A stretch of 64,000 nucleotides of DNA from an uncultured delta proteobacterium (GTDB lineage: Bacteria; Myxococcota_A; Polyangia; Fen-1088). Position 1 is the stretch's first letter. Each line of letters begins with the position of its first letter. The position numbers and the translations under genes were made by a program. Under the pieces are notes generated by a model that saw nothing but the letters and a program-made list of their open reading frames with translations, was not told the origin of the DNA and did not search any database. Shown here in pieces: positions 38,108-47,926 of this stretch. The DNA lies in contig CAVTRY010000012.1 in assembly GCA_963737265.1 (NCBI GenBank), forward strand, positions 320,001-384,000. Reading direction: 5' to 3'.

Positions 38108-39301
38108 ATGGCCGCTGCTCGGACGATCCGTCGCAGGACCCTGCTTGCCGAGGTTCGCTCGCGGCTGCAACACAATCCCATCGTCACCATCCTGGGGCCC
38201 CGGCAGTGCGGGAAAACGACCGTGGCGCGCTGGCTTGCCAAGGAAAGCCGCGCCCATTTCTTCGACCTCGAAGACCCCGCGGACCGCCGCGCGCTCGCCG
38301 AACCCAAGACCGTGCTTGCCCCCCTGTCCGGCCTGGTGGTCATCGATGAGGCCCATCTGCGTCCCGATCTCTTCCCCGTCCTCCGCGTCCTGGCGGACAG
38401 ACGCCCAAATCCGTCGCGATTCCTGCTGACCGGCAGCGCCTCTCCCCATCTCGTGCGCGGCACATCGGAATCGCTTGCCGGACGCGTGGGGTTCGTCGAG
38501 ATGGGTGGCTTCGATCTGGATGAAGTGGGCAATCGATCCATGAGGACGCTTTGGGCGCGCGGCGGTTTTCCCCGCTCCTTCCTCGCGGGCACCGATGCGG
38601 AGAGTTGGCGTTGGCGGGACGGTTTTATCCAGACCTTCCTCGAGAGGGATCTGCGCCAGTACGGCGTCGAAGTGCCGCCGGTCAGGCTCAGCCGCTTGTG
38701 GCAGATGCTGGCGCACTGCCACGGCCAGATTTGGAATGCCTCGGAGATCGGCCGCTCCCTTGGCGAAGCCCACACCACGGTTAAGCGTCACCTCGATATC
38801 CTGACCGGAGCCCTCGTCGTGCGGCAATTGCAGCCCTGGTTTCAGAATCTCGGCAAGCGCCTGGTGAAGTCGCCCAAAGTATTCGTGCGCGACTCGGGTC
38901 TGCTGCACGCACTGCTTGGCCTGGCCGACGTGCGCGCGGTGGAAGGCCACCCCAAGCTGGGCGCCTCGTGGGAAGGGTTTGTCATCGAGGAAATCCTTCG
39001 CATCACCGGCGACCGCGCGGCCTGGTTCTGGGGCACGCAAGGACTGAGCGAGCTCGATCTCCTCGTGCGCTGGCAGGGCAAGTTGCTCGGCTTTGAAATG
39101 AAGTACGGCGACGCGCCTACCATGACCAAGTCGCTTCACGTTGCCATGCAAGACCTCGACTTGGAACACGCCTTCATTGTGTATCCCGGCACCAAGATCT
39201 ATCCCGTCGCCGACCGAGTCACCGCCATTCCCCTGCCCGATCTGCGCCTCCGTTTGCGGTCGCCGGGCCGCAATTGGGCTAGACTGCGATCGCCATGGTG
39301 A
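38108..39301 (+). CDS. AAA_14 ATPase with DUF4143 domain, paralog 2
   Basis: GPRQCGKTT, VIDEAH, LTGSAS, ESLAGR, TFLERD, KSPKVFVRDSG, ELDL...FEMK. Confidence 0.92.
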   Translation: MAAARTIRRRTLLAEVRSRLQHNPIVTILGPRQCGKTTVARWLAKESRAHFFDLEDPADRRALAEPKTVLAPLSGLVVIDEAHLRPDLFPVLRVLADRRPNPSRFLLTGSASPHLVRGTSESLAGRVGFVEMGGFDLDEVGNRSMRTLWARGGFPRSFLAGTDAESWRWRDGFIQTFLERDLRQYGVEVPPVRLSRLWQMLAHCHGQIWNASEIGRSLGEAHTTVKRHLDILTGALVVRQLQPWFQNLGKRLVKSPKVFVRDSGLLHALLGLADVRAVEGHPKLGASWEGFVIEEILRITGDRAAWFWGTQGLSELDLLVRWQGKLLGFEMKYGDAPTMTKSLHVAMQDLDLEHAFIVYPGTKIYPVADRVTAIPLPDLRLRLRSPGRNWARLRSPW

Positions 39302-39645
39302 CAGCAAGCGAGTTGGCCCGTACCTTGCGCGCGCGTTCGGCGGAACGACACGCGAAGGCCGAGGCTCGCGCCAAGCGACTGCGCGGAAAGCTTCCCCTAG
39401 CGGCGAGCCTGCTCGTCGAGCGGTACCGGGCAAGCCGGGTGATCCTCTTCGGCTCGCTTGCGACCGGCACCCACGACGAGCACAGCGATGTCGATCTGGC
39501 GGTCGAGGGCCTGCCGTCCGCCGTCTACTTTCACGCCTTGGCCGATCTGATGGGTCTGTTTGCCGGACCGGTGGATTTGGTGCGCATCGAGGAAGCCTTG
39601 CCCAGCCTGCTCGATCGCATCCGAGAAGAAGGGCAAGCGCTATGA
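39295..39645 (+). CDS. Minimal nucleotidyltransferase antitoxin
   Basis: ILFGSLATG...HSDVDLAVEG; PVDLV. Confidence 0.85.
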   Translation: MVTASELARTLRARSAERHAKAEARAKRLRGKLPLAASLLVERYRASRVILFGSLATGTHDEHSDVDLAVEGLPSAVYFHALADLMGLFAGPVDLVRIEEALPSLLDRIREEGQAL

Positions 39646-40115
39646 GCCCACGCCTACAGCGGCTGCGTGCCGAGGTCGCCAGCGACCTGCGGGTGTTCGC
39701 GAGCAGGGTGGAAATACTCGCCTCGCTGCCCCAGCTTGCAGTTGCCGATCGGCCCACGCTCGCCGAAGCCGCCGTGGCACTCCACCATGCCTACGGCGCC
39801 ATCGAATCCGCGCTGTCTCGCATCGCCCGAATCGTCGACGACGGCCTTCCCGAAGGTTCCGACTGGCATCAGGCGCTGCTGCACACCATGGCCCTCGCCA
39901 TCGATGAGGTTCGGCCGGCTGTCTTGCGGCCCAAGACACGCTCCCTTTTGCAGCGTCTTCTCGGTTTTCGACACTTCTTCCGTCACGCCTACGCCATCGA
40001 TCTGGATGGCGCCCGCCTGGATGACCTGCGCTCTTGCGCGGTCGCGGTTCTGCCGCTGCTCAGCGAAGACCTTCGGCAATTCGACGAGTTCCTTGCCGAG
40101 GTAGGCAAGGGGTAG
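39642..40115 (+). CDS. HepT-like HEPN ribonuclease toxin
   Basis: ATGA overlap; GSDWHQALL; Rx4H motif FRHFFRHAY. Confidence 0.85.
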   Translation: MSPRLQRLRAEVASDLRVFASRVEILASLPQLAVADRPTLAEAAVALHHAYGAIESALSRIARIVDDGLPEGSDWHQALLHTMALAIDEVRPAVLRPKTRSLLQRLLGFRHFFRHAYAIDLDGARLDDLRSCAVAVLPLLSEDLRQFDEFLAEVGKG

Positions 40116-40119
40116 CGCC

Positions 40120-40897
40120 CCGGTCGTGGTGGTGACGGGAGCGCGGCAGACCGGCAAGAGCACGCTGGTGCGCCACCTGGCGCCCAAGGCCGACTACCTG
40201 ACGCTTGACTTGACGATGTCGATGTCATGGAGCGGGCGCGGCACGAGCCAGACGCACTATTGCGCCAGCCTGGGCCTATCATTCTGGACGAAGTGCAGCG
40301 CTCGCCGGATCTCCTGCTCGCCGTCAAGCGAGCGGTGGATGCTCGCCGTCGCCCAGGCCGCTTCATCCTCACCGGCTCTGCCAGCCTGCTGCTCATGAGA
40401 TCGGTTTCCGAGTCTTTGGCCGGTCGTGCACTCCATCTCACCCTGTGGCCGATGACCCGCCGGGAACAGCTGGGCCTTGGTACGGCTGGCCTGTGGGGGA
40501 GCCTGTTTCGCACGCCAGATAAGGATTGGCCGGATCTCCTCCGCGCCAGCACGGCTCCGCGCGAGGATTGGCGCGAGCTGGCACGGCGGGGCGGCTACCC
40601 GACTCCGGCGCACACCCTCACCGATCTGGATTCGCGACGGCAATGGTTTGCCGGCTACACACAGACCTACCTTGAAAGGGATCTGCGCGATCTGTCGGTG
40701 GTTGCCTCGCTGGTGGACTTTCGCCGGCTGATGCGGGCTGCGTGCCTGCGTCTGGGCAACCTGGCCAACCAAACCGAGCTAGGACGGGACGTGGGGCTTC
40801 CGCAACCTACGGTTCACAGGCATCTCGCGTTGATGGAAGTATCGCACCAACTTGTCCGCGTTTCTGCCTATGCGGTGAACCGGACCAAGCGTCTCAT
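40120..40897 (+). pseudogene. Doubly truncated, near-identical copy of AAA paralog 3 (44944-45716)
   Basis: Direct repeat of about 778 bp with few mismatches; frameshift at about 40210; lacks the start and the DUF4143 end. Confidence 0.93.
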
Positions 40898-41125
40898 GGA
40901 TGTCTGTGGCACCGACCGCGCCTGTTCGATCGCCTTCCACGGAGATCGGTCTTGATCTCGCGCTATCTGCACCATTTCCGCAATCACCCCGGGTCGACTG
41001 GTGTCCTTCCTCTTGATGAAGATACGGCTTTGCGTGCCGGCCTGTCCGGTTTGCACGCCTTCAAGGGCGGCAAAGGATCTCCGATGCCAGCGACCAACTG
41101 GGGCGAGTCTCGCTGGCATCCACCC

Positions 41126-41171
41126 CCTGGATGCCATGGGCGTCGTATTTCCCTCGCCCATGGCATCCAGG
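41126..41171. terminator. Perfect 17-bp stem-loop downstream of the ECF operon
   Basis: CCTGGATGCCATGGGCG-N12-CGCCCATGGCATCCAGG; no U-tract. Confidence 0.55.
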
Positions 41172-41192
41172 ACAAGGTGGATGGAATGAAGA

Positions 41193-41705
41193 TCAGGGCC
41201 GTATTTTTTCGGGCGGTGCTGGCGACTCACTGGCGGGTGGCGTTGGCGGCGGGGGCACAACGCCGGGTGGCCACGGCGGTGGCCCGCCGCCGGGCAGAAG
41301 CATGAATCCAGGTCCTCCTGGTGACGGCCCGCCGCCTGGAGGCATGGGCGGGCGATGGGCCTTCATTTCGTCGAGAATCTTGATCTGCTCCGGGGTCAAG
41401 ATTTCGCGCAACTCCCTCTCCATTTGCTCGTTGATGGCCTGCACCTTGGGAAAGTTCGCTCGCAAGATGGCTTCAAGTTGTGGACGATACCGTTCGGTGA
41501 TGGCGTACGCCTTCGTCTCCTGTTCAGGCGTGAGCTTGAGGGCACCGGGTGGCCCGGGCAAAAAGGGCACCGGTCGTGGTGGGGGCAGCGGCATCCGGTT
41601 CCAGTGCGAGAGCCCGGTGCCCGCAACCGCTCCGAACAGAAAGGTTCCGAAGACAAGAAGCGCCGTGAGCAGCCGGACTTGGCGTGGAGAGCGTTCGGTG
41701 GTCAC
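41193..41705 (-). CDS. Spy/CpxP-like periplasmic protein
   Basis: N-terminal TM segment; LKLTPEQ and ILTPEQ motifs; Pro-rich tail. Confidence 0.75.
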   Translation of the reverse strand: MTTERSPRQVRLLTALLVFGTFLFGAVAGTGLSHWNRMPLPPPRPVPFLPGPPGALKLTPEQETKAYAITERYRPQLEAILRANFPKVQAINEQMERELREILTPEQIKILDEMKAHRPPMPPGGGPSPGGPGFMLLPGGGPPPWPPGVVPPPPTPPASESPAPPEKIRP

Positions 41706-42037
41706 TGGTCACCTCCTAAAGTTCCGAAGAGGTCGCTGGGTTCAGGGATGCGGTTGTTCGCGGCCCAATTGGCCAAGGTCAGCGCCGGGGGATGCTGCAC
41801 GGATGCAACCGTCTTGGATCGGTTCGCGGCTAGGAAGCCTGCCGTCCACGCCACGATGCTTAGTCCCGCTGCCACGACCAGAACTGGGCGCGCCCAGCGC
41901 AGCAGTTGCTGTTCGATGGACAGGCGCTTGCGACGTTCAGCCAGGGCCTTGACCACCAATGCGTCGATGGTTCTCGACCAGCGCAGTTCGTTGCGGCTCG
42001 GATCGATCACCGAGAAGTCAATGCGTCTATCCTCCAT
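41702..42037 (-). CDS. Putative single-TM anti-sigma factor
   Basis: Overlaps both the ECF sigma stop and the next start; one TM segment. Confidence 0.65.
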   Translation of the reverse strand: MEDRRIDFSVIDPSRNELRWSRTIDALVVKALAERRKRLSIEQQLLRWARPVLVVAAGLSIVAWTAGFLAANRSKTVASVQHPPALTLANWAANNRIPEPSDLFGTLGGDQ

Positions 42038-42593
42038 GGTTTTCCTCATGTTCCCCGTCGGGCAAGTCGTCACCGAGTTTCTCTCGCAGAATCTGGCGGG
42101 CTTTGAAAAGGTGTTGGCGCGAATTGACCTCGGATATGTCGAGGACTTCCGCGATTTCCTTGTGCGTCCAGTCTTCCAGGTCGTGCAGAAGTACCACTAC
42201 GCGGTTTTCTTCGTCGAGAGCTGCCAAAGCTGAAAGCAATGCCTCGCGCATGCCCACCGATTCGGGCGGGCCAGTGAAGAATTCAAGAACTCTCGCGCTT
42301 TCCGGGGCGACATCGCGCAGCCGCCGACTGTCGAGGAAATTGCGCGCGCGGTTGCGCACGATTTGGAACAGCCAGGCGGCAAAACGCTGGGGCTCGCGAC
42401 ATGTGTCAAGAGACTGGAACGCTTTCAAGAATGCTTCCTGGGCCACGTCTTCTGCGTCCGCGGGTCGACCCACGACCGACAGCGCAATCGCATATCCCGG
42501 CCGCAGATAGGCTCGCACCAATTCCGCGAACGCCACTGCCTCGCCTTGCTGGGCGCGGCGAACGACGTCCGCGGTTGCATCATGGGTCAGCAC
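42027..42593 (-). CDS. ECF RNA polymerase sigma factor
   Basis: DAEDVAQEAFLKAF, FAAWLFQIVRN (region 2); HKEIAEVLDIS (region 4). Confidence 0.92.
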   Translation of the reverse strand: MLTHDATADVVRRAQQGEAVAFAELVRAYLRPGYAIALSVVGRPADAEDVAQEAFLKAFQSLDTCREPQRFAAWLFQIVRNRARNFLDSRRLRDVAPESARVLEFFTGPPESVGMREALLSALAALDEENRVVVLLHDLEDWTHKEIAEVLDISEVNSRQHLFKARQILREKLGDDLPDGEHEENHGG

Positions 42594-42616
42594 GATCGAT
42601 GGACTCTGTAGCAGAA

Positions 42617-42643
42617 GACAGCCAACGAGTCATGATCGTTACA
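42617..42643 (-). promoter_or_regulatory. Candidate autoregulated ECF promoter
   Basis: Minus strand TGTAAC-N17-TGTC upstream of the sigma gene. Confidence 0.4.
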
Positions 42644-42727
42644 AAGACGAAGTCGGAACGTGACGGAGAAATCGCTCCTGGCCAAGGCGCCTGTTTGGCC
42701 TGTCAGGAGCGATTCTTCCGGTACTGG

Positions 42728-43138
42728 CTATGGATGTGGTGGAAAGGCAGGGGCGCAGGCCAGCGGGCCGCTTCCACTTGGCGAATTCCGGCACGTGCCC
42801 TTCATGTCGCGTCCGTGGTGCGAGACGGTGCAGGCCACGCCCTCGCTCAAGTTGGCGCAAGCCTCGATCGCCTCGGGTGGCGGCGGGGGCATGCAGGCCA
42901 GGGTTTCGCTTCCGCCCGGACCCTTGCCGCAGATGCTTTGGACAGATTGTCCGTGAAACGAGAACGTACAGGACGCGCCTTCTTTCTGGCTGGCGCAGGC
43001 GTCAATGGCCTCTTGCGGTGGTTGCGGGGGAGGTGGCGCGTTGTCGTTGTCATTCGCCGCACGCGCTTGATGGGCGGGAAGGCCAGTCAAGGCGGCCAAC
43101 GCGATGCTAGCGAGAAGTCCCAAGGGTCTTGTGGTCAT
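42728..43138 (-). CDS. Secreted small protein with two Cys-rich PPxEAIxAC..EG..C repeats
   Basis: AAGGAG RBS; signal peptide; internal duplication. Confidence 0.75.
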   Translation of the reverse strand: MTTRPLGLLASIALAALTGLPAHQARAANDNDNAPPPPQPPQEAIDACASQKEGASCTFSFHGQSVQSICGKGPGGSETLACMPPPPPEAIEACANLSEGVACTVSHHGRDMKGTCRNSPSGSGPLACAPAFPPHP

Positions 43139-43242
43139 CTGTGTCTCCTTTGTGGATGGTTGCTATGGCAGGACAGCCCATCAAGCGCCGTCGTTAGGCC
43201 AATAACGAAGTTGACTGCTCAACTGTCTTCTTCGGCACAGGC

Positions 43243-43995
43243 ATGCGCCCACGTGATTCGCAAGGCAGGGTCGGACCTTCGTCTCGGTGTCCCTGGACCG
43301 TCATCGTGCTCGGCGAGGATCTCAGCCTTTGTCGGCGTCTTGCGCAAGCGCTCGTTCATCGCGACTTTCGTTTCGCTTGCGCGCGTCCAGAGGAAATCGC
43401 CAGGTTCGCGGGCGGCCTTACGACCTTCGACATGATTCTGCTTCACGTCGGTCGCGAGCGCGCTGACGACCTGCTGTTACCAGAAATTCTGCGCCAAGGG
43501 GGAAGTTGCGTGGCGGTCTTGCCTCACGCCTCAACGGGCGTGGAACGAGCCCAGTGGCTTGAACATGGTGCCGACGATTGCTTGAGCCGTCCCTGCGACA
43601 GCCAGGAGTTGCTGGCCCGCCTGCGCGCTTCTATCCGACGACGCCAGCGCGGCTGCGCGCACGCTTCGACGCTCAAGGTGGGTGCACTGGTTCTCTCGCC
43701 AGACGAAAGGAAGGCTGAACTCAATGGGCAGCCGCTCGCGCTCACGACCTACGAGTTCTCCTTGCTAGCGGCGTTCGCACAACGGCCAGGCCAAGTTGTC
43801 GGCCGCGAGCAACTCATGGAGATCACCAAGGGCTCTGCGGAGTTCGCATTCGAGCGGTCGGTGGATGTGCAGGTGTCCCGTTTGCGCGCGAAGCTACACG
43901 ACAATCCGCGCCGGCCGGAGATTCTCAAGACCGTGCGGGGGGCCGGCTATGTGCTGGTGGCCGGCGGCGCAAGTTCGCACAAACCAGAGCGCTAA
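43243..43995 (+). CDS. OmpR-family response regulator with atypical receiver domain
   Basis: GADD..., ELLARLRA, LTTYEF, ERSVDVQVSRLR, KTVRGAGY; the phospho-Asp position reads MILLH. Start uncertain. Confidence 0.85.
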   Translation: MRPRDSQGRVGPSSRCPWTVIVLGEDLSLCRRLAQALVHRDFRFACARPEEIARFAGGLTTFDMILLHVGRERADDLLLPEILRQGGSCVAVLPHASTGVERAQWLEHGADDCLSRPCDSQELLARLRASIRRRQRGCAHASTLKVGALVLSPDERKAELNGQPLALTTYEFSLLAAFAQRPGQVVGREQLMEITKGSAEFAFERSVDVQVSRLRAKLHDNPRRPEILKTVRGAGYVLVAGGASSHKPER

Positions 43996-44121
43996 TCCTT
44001 GCCAACGGGCAAGCAAAACTCTCGCCGGCATCGTTTGTTTCGGAATGTTTCAGTCGCGAAAGTTTGCGCGGACGAGTGACGATACCCGAGGTGACCGTCT
44101 CAACTTCCAAAGGAGGATTCC

Positions 44122-44715
44122 ATGTCAGTTTCGAGCATCAGCAGCGCTACGAGTTCCGTGGACTTTACGGAATTGCGCAAGAAGATGGCCGGGCAAATGG
44201 CCGAGAAGATGTTCAAGGCTCTCGACACCGACGGTGACGGTGCCATTTCCAAGAGCGAGCTCGAGAAGGCGAGTGCAGCGGCGGCCAACACTTCCTCGTC
44301 CATCAGCACATCGTCCTCGAGCAGTTCGTCCGTGGACGACCTCTTCAAGGCCATGGACACCAACGGCGATGGCTCCGTTTCGCAGTCCGAATTGACGGCG
44401 TTCATGAAGAAGGCCAGCGCATCCATGGGCCCGCCTCCCGGTGCGCCGTCCGCGGGTGGCCCGCCTCCCGGCCCACCACCGGACATGGGCGGGGTTGATG
44501 GCACTGACTCGTCGAGTTCGACCAGCTCGAGTAGCACCACCTCGACAACCTCGGCCGCTTCAACTTCCGACGCGGCGGACGCAAATGGCGACGGGACGGT
44601 GACCCCCGAGGAACACATGGCATTCGCCTACAAGCAGCTCATGGCGGCCCTGCAGAGTCTTAGCGACTCTACCGGTGCGAACGGCGCGACCAGTACCACG
44701 AGTGTCACCTCGTAA
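44122..44715 (+). CDS. EF-hand calcium-binding protein
   Basis: AGGAGG RBS; DTDGDGAISKSE, DTNGDGSVSQSE, DANGDGTVTPEE. Confidence 0.88.
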   Translation: MSVSSISSATSSVDFTELRKKMAGQMAEKMFKALDTDGDGAISKSELEKASAAAANTSSSISTSSSSSSSVDDLFKAMDTNGDGSVSQSELTAFMKKASASMGPPPGAPSAGGPPPGPPPDMGGVDGTDSSSSTSSSSTTSTTSAASTSDAADANGDGTVTPEEHMAFAYKQLMAALQSLSDSTGANGATSTTSVTS

Positions 44716-44838
44716 GCGGCGCGGCTGGTGAGGGCCTACCCCATCATCAGATCGCGTCGACTTCTTTGCGGTGGCCAATCTTGACGATGAGCTCTACGTC
44801 GGGTGGCTCGATCGTGTAGACGGTCCGCACCGCCGCTC

Positions 44839-44873
44839 TTGCAATCATCCGTGATATGAATGATAATCATTCA
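44839..44873 (+). promoter_or_regulatory. Sigma70 promoter with palindromic operator
   Basis: TTGCAA-N17-GATAAT; TGAATGAT-A-ATCATTCA overlaps the -10. Confidence 0.65.
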
Positions 44874-44877
44874 CGCT

Positions 44878-46101
44878 ATGGATGACCTGGCATATCTGCC
44901 CCGGCTGATCGAGCCGCTGGTGAAGAAAGTGGCAAAGACCTCGCCGGTCGTGGTGGTGACGGGAGCGCGGCAGACCGGCAAGAGCACGCTGGTGCGCCAC
45001 GTGGCGCCCAAGGCCGACTACCTGACGCTTGACGACGTCGATGTCATGGAGCGGGCGCGGCACGAGCCAGACGCACTATTGCGCCAGCCTGGGCCTATCA
45101 TTCTGGACGAAGTGCAGCGCTCGCCGGATCTCCTGCTCGCCGTCAAGCGAGCGGTGGATGCTCGCCGTCGCCCAGGCCGCTTCATCCTCACCGGCTCTGC
45201 CAGCCTGCTGCTCATGAGATCGGTTTCCGAGTCTTTGGCCGGTCGTGCACTCCATTTCACCCTGTGGCCGATGACCCGCCGGGAACAGCTGGGCCTTGGT
45301 ACGGCTGGCCTGTGGGGGAGCCTGTTTCGCACGCCAGATAAGGATTGGCCGGATCTCCTCCGCGCAAGCACGGCTCCGCGCGAGGATTGGCGCGAGCTGG
45401 CACGGCGGGGCGGCTACCCGACTCCGGCGCACACCCTCACCGATCTGGATTCGCGACGGCAATGGTTTGCCGGCTACACACAGACCTACCTTGAAAGGGA
45501 TCTGCGCGATCTGTCGGTGGTTGCCTCGCTGGTGGACTTTCGCCGGCTGATGCGGGCTGCGTGCCTGCGTCTGGGCAACCTGGCCAACCAAACCGAGCTA
45601 GGACGGGACGTGGGGCTTCCGCAACCTACGGTTCACAGGCATCTCGCGCTGATGGAAGTATCGCACCAACTTGTCCGCGTTTCTGCCTATGCGGTGAACC
45701 GGACCAAGCGTCTCATTAAGACGCCCAAATTCTACTGGTCGGACGCGGGACTAGGCTTCTTTCTATCCGGCGAGAGCGAGTTGCGCGGGGCGCATCTGGA
45801 GAACGTCGTGCTGTCCGATCTCGCAGCTTGGCGGGCGAGCGAATTGGATGTGCCCGAGATCCTCTACTGGCGGACTACCACGGGCAATGAGGTCGACTTC
45901 GTCATCGAATGGCAGGGACGACTGTTGCCTGTTGAGGTCAAGAGCGCGGATCGCGCACGACTGGCGGATGCCGCGCACTTGAGAATCTTCCGCGAGGAAT
46001 ACGGGAATGCATCGCTGCCTGGCCTCGTTCTGCATGGCGGGACCGACGTCAGTTGGTTGGCCGATGGCATCCTGGCTGCCCCATGGTGGCGGGTCTTATA
46101 G
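44878..46101 (+). CDS. AAA_14 ATPase with DUF4143 domain, paralog 3
   Basis: GARQTGKST, ILDEVQ, LTGSAS, TYLERD, KTPKFYWSDAG, EVDFV...VEVK. Confidence 0.93.
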   Translation: MDDLAYLPRLIEPLVKKVAKTSPVVVVTGARQTGKSTLVRHVAPKADYLTLDDVDVMERARHEPDALLRQPGPIILDEVQRSPDLLLAVKRAVDARRRPGRFILTGSASLLLMRSVSESLAGRALHFTLWPMTRREQLGLGTAGLWGSLFRTPDKDWPDLLRASTAPREDWRELARRGGYPTPAHTLTDLDSRRQWFAGYTQTYLERDLRDLSVVASLVDFRRLMRAACLRLGNLANQTELGRDVGLPQPTVHRHLALMEVSHQLVRVSAYAVNRTKRLIKTPKFYWSDAGLGFFLSGESELRGAHLENVVLSDLAAWRASELDVPEILYWRTTTGNEVDFVIEWQGRLLPVEVKSADRARLADAAHLRIFREEYGNASLPGLVLHGGTDVSWLADGILAAPWWRVL

Positions 46102-46126
46102 GGCGAGCGAGGAGAGGGTCAAAGCC

Positions 46127-46162
46127 CATAGGCATTAACCGGATGGGCAGCGAAGGATCGAG
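46127..46162 (+). repeat. 36-bp exact repeat, second copy at 50659-50694
   Basis: CATAGGCATTAACCGGATGGGCAGCGAAGGATCGAG at both sites. Confidence 0.85.
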
Positions 46163-46188
46163 CATATGCCGCTAGCCCCGCGAAGCGG

Positions 46189-46745
46189 CTCATCATTACC
46201 CAAATCTTTCTCGCGCGACCAAGAAGGACGGCGACTGCACGAAGCGCCTCGGCAGCGAGACAGTCCGGTTTGAGCCGCGGGCGTAGGCCGCACAAGACCG
46301 TTAACTGCAAAGGCGTGAGAACCCGATCGGCGCGCACGGGTTCGGGCCGGCGGGCGACGTCGCGCAGGCACAACATCTGCCACGCGACCACCGTGGCAAA
46401 GGCGAGAAAGTTCTGCAAAGCATGTGCGGTCTCGAGCTGTCGCTGTTCCGTCGCGCACCCGGTCTTCATGCCCATGTGCAGCTCCTCGATGAGCCACCGC
46501 GCCTCATATCCCCGCACCACCGCCAGTGCGATGGGCTCACGGGTCAGCAAGTACCAGACCAGAGCCTCCACGCCCTCTGGCGGCTGGTTCTCGATGGCCG
46601 CTACGACGTTGAGCTGCACGGAATCGCCGAGACGCCCGCGATTCCTCGGCGGACAGATCGCCAAGCTCGTGGCTCGAATTTCCAGCTGCGCCACGCGCGC
46701 CGCTCGGCCTGGCCGCGCTGGCAATGCAAGCTCGGCTCTCATGGT
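46189..46745 (-). mobile_element. IS4-family (IS50/Tn5-like) transposase remnant with one terminal repeat
   Basis: WYLLT, Y..RWLIEELH..MKTGC (YREK motif); end sequence CTCATCATTACCCAAATCT at 46189-46207. Confidence 0.8.
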
Positions 46746-46894
46746 TAAACCTCGTGGGGATCTTGGCCCGATCCCGCTACGGGCATTTTGCCTCAGTTCA
46801 ACCAAACGAACGTGGCTCTTGTTCTGGTTGCAGCGTGCGGTTGGGCTTGCGTCCCGGCTCCCTCGGGATAGAAATGGGATGAACGGGAGCCGCC

Positions 46895-47501
46895 ATGCCG
46901 CGAATCGATCCGATACACACCGCAAGGCTCGTCATCCGCGAGTTCCAACCGAGCGACCGCGAGGCACTGCTCGCCATCGTGCGAGAGCCTGGGCAAATCC
47001 AGCACATGCTGCTCTTTCTCGACACCGAGGATCAGCTCGAACGCTTTTCTGGCGATGGTCGTCCAAGAGGCCAGCGTCGAAACGCGGCAGCAGTGGCATT
47101 TCGCGGTCGAGGACGCGACGACGGGCAGCTATCTCGGCAGTTGTTGCCTGACGGTCGAGCCTGATTCCCCGAGCTCGGCTGAACTCGGGTATTGGTTCCT
47201 GCGCCCGGCGTGGGGCAAAGGCTACGCGACCGAATCAGCCGCGGCCCTGCTCAACCTCGGCTTCCGCCGCCTCGGCCTTCATCGAGTGTGGGGCAAGTGT
47301 CACACGCGAAATCCCGTTTCGGCCCGGGTCATGGAGAAGCTGGGCATGACCTACGAAGGAACCTTGCGCGAGCACGTGTGGCTGTGCGACCACTTCCGCA
47401 GCTCGCGCATCTACGGCATGTTGCAAGACGAGTACGAGGCAGCAAAGAGTGGGCTGGGCGGTTCGCCGGCGAATCCCTCGTCCCGCGGGGGATTTGGCTA
47501 G
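46895..47501 (+). pseudogene. RimJ/RimL-type GNAT acetyltransferase, frameshifted at about 47045
   Basis: TARLVIREF in one frame; AELGYW...WGKGYATE...SARVMEKLGM in another; the break lies at a T4 run. Confidence 0.8.
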
Positions 47502-47926
47502 CCCGTGACCGCGGTCAGGCCGAGGGCGGTGGCCGCGAGGATTTGGTGGGCGTCGAAAGTAAGGAACTTGGTGAAGTTGTGGTGTAATGCAGTCACCAGG
47601 TGCATACAGTCCGACGAGCGAAGGAAGATCGTCGAAGGCAGCGTTGCAAAGGTCTCGGCGGCCGCTCTCATAATGAAGCCGTCGACAGGCAGCCAGGTCC
47701 AGAAGCCGGCCAGATCGTCGTGCTGGAACTGACGAGCCGCCGCCAAGAAATCCCGTCGGCTCCATGTTCCCTCGCGTAGGCGGCGATGAAACACCGCCAT
47801 GATTTCCGGCCGCACCAGCTCGGAAACACAAACTTGGTCCGCCCGCTCGATCAACCGGCGGATAGCACGCGATTCTCTCTCGGGGACGTAGAACTTGGCT
47901 ACCGCCGAGGTGTCACAGGCGATCAA
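47498..47926 (-). CDS. VapC-like PIN toxin
   Basis: TTG start overlapping the antitoxin stop; ACDTSAVAKFY, LRSSDCMHL, FLTFD. Confidence 0.85.
   Translation of the reverse strand: MIACDTSAVAKFYVPERESRAIRRLIERADQVCVSELVRPEIMAVFHRRLREGTWSRRDFLAAARQFQHDDLAGFWTWLPVDGFIMRAAAETFATLPSTIFLRSSDCMHLVTALHHNFTKFLTFDAHQILAATALGLTAVTG

Noticed and set aside
37985-39757. 590-aa minus-strand ORF
   Set aside because: Antisense to well-supported AAA and MNT genes; no motifs.
40898-41120. Unidentified coding-like fragment
   Set aside because: No frame gave a motif I could assign.
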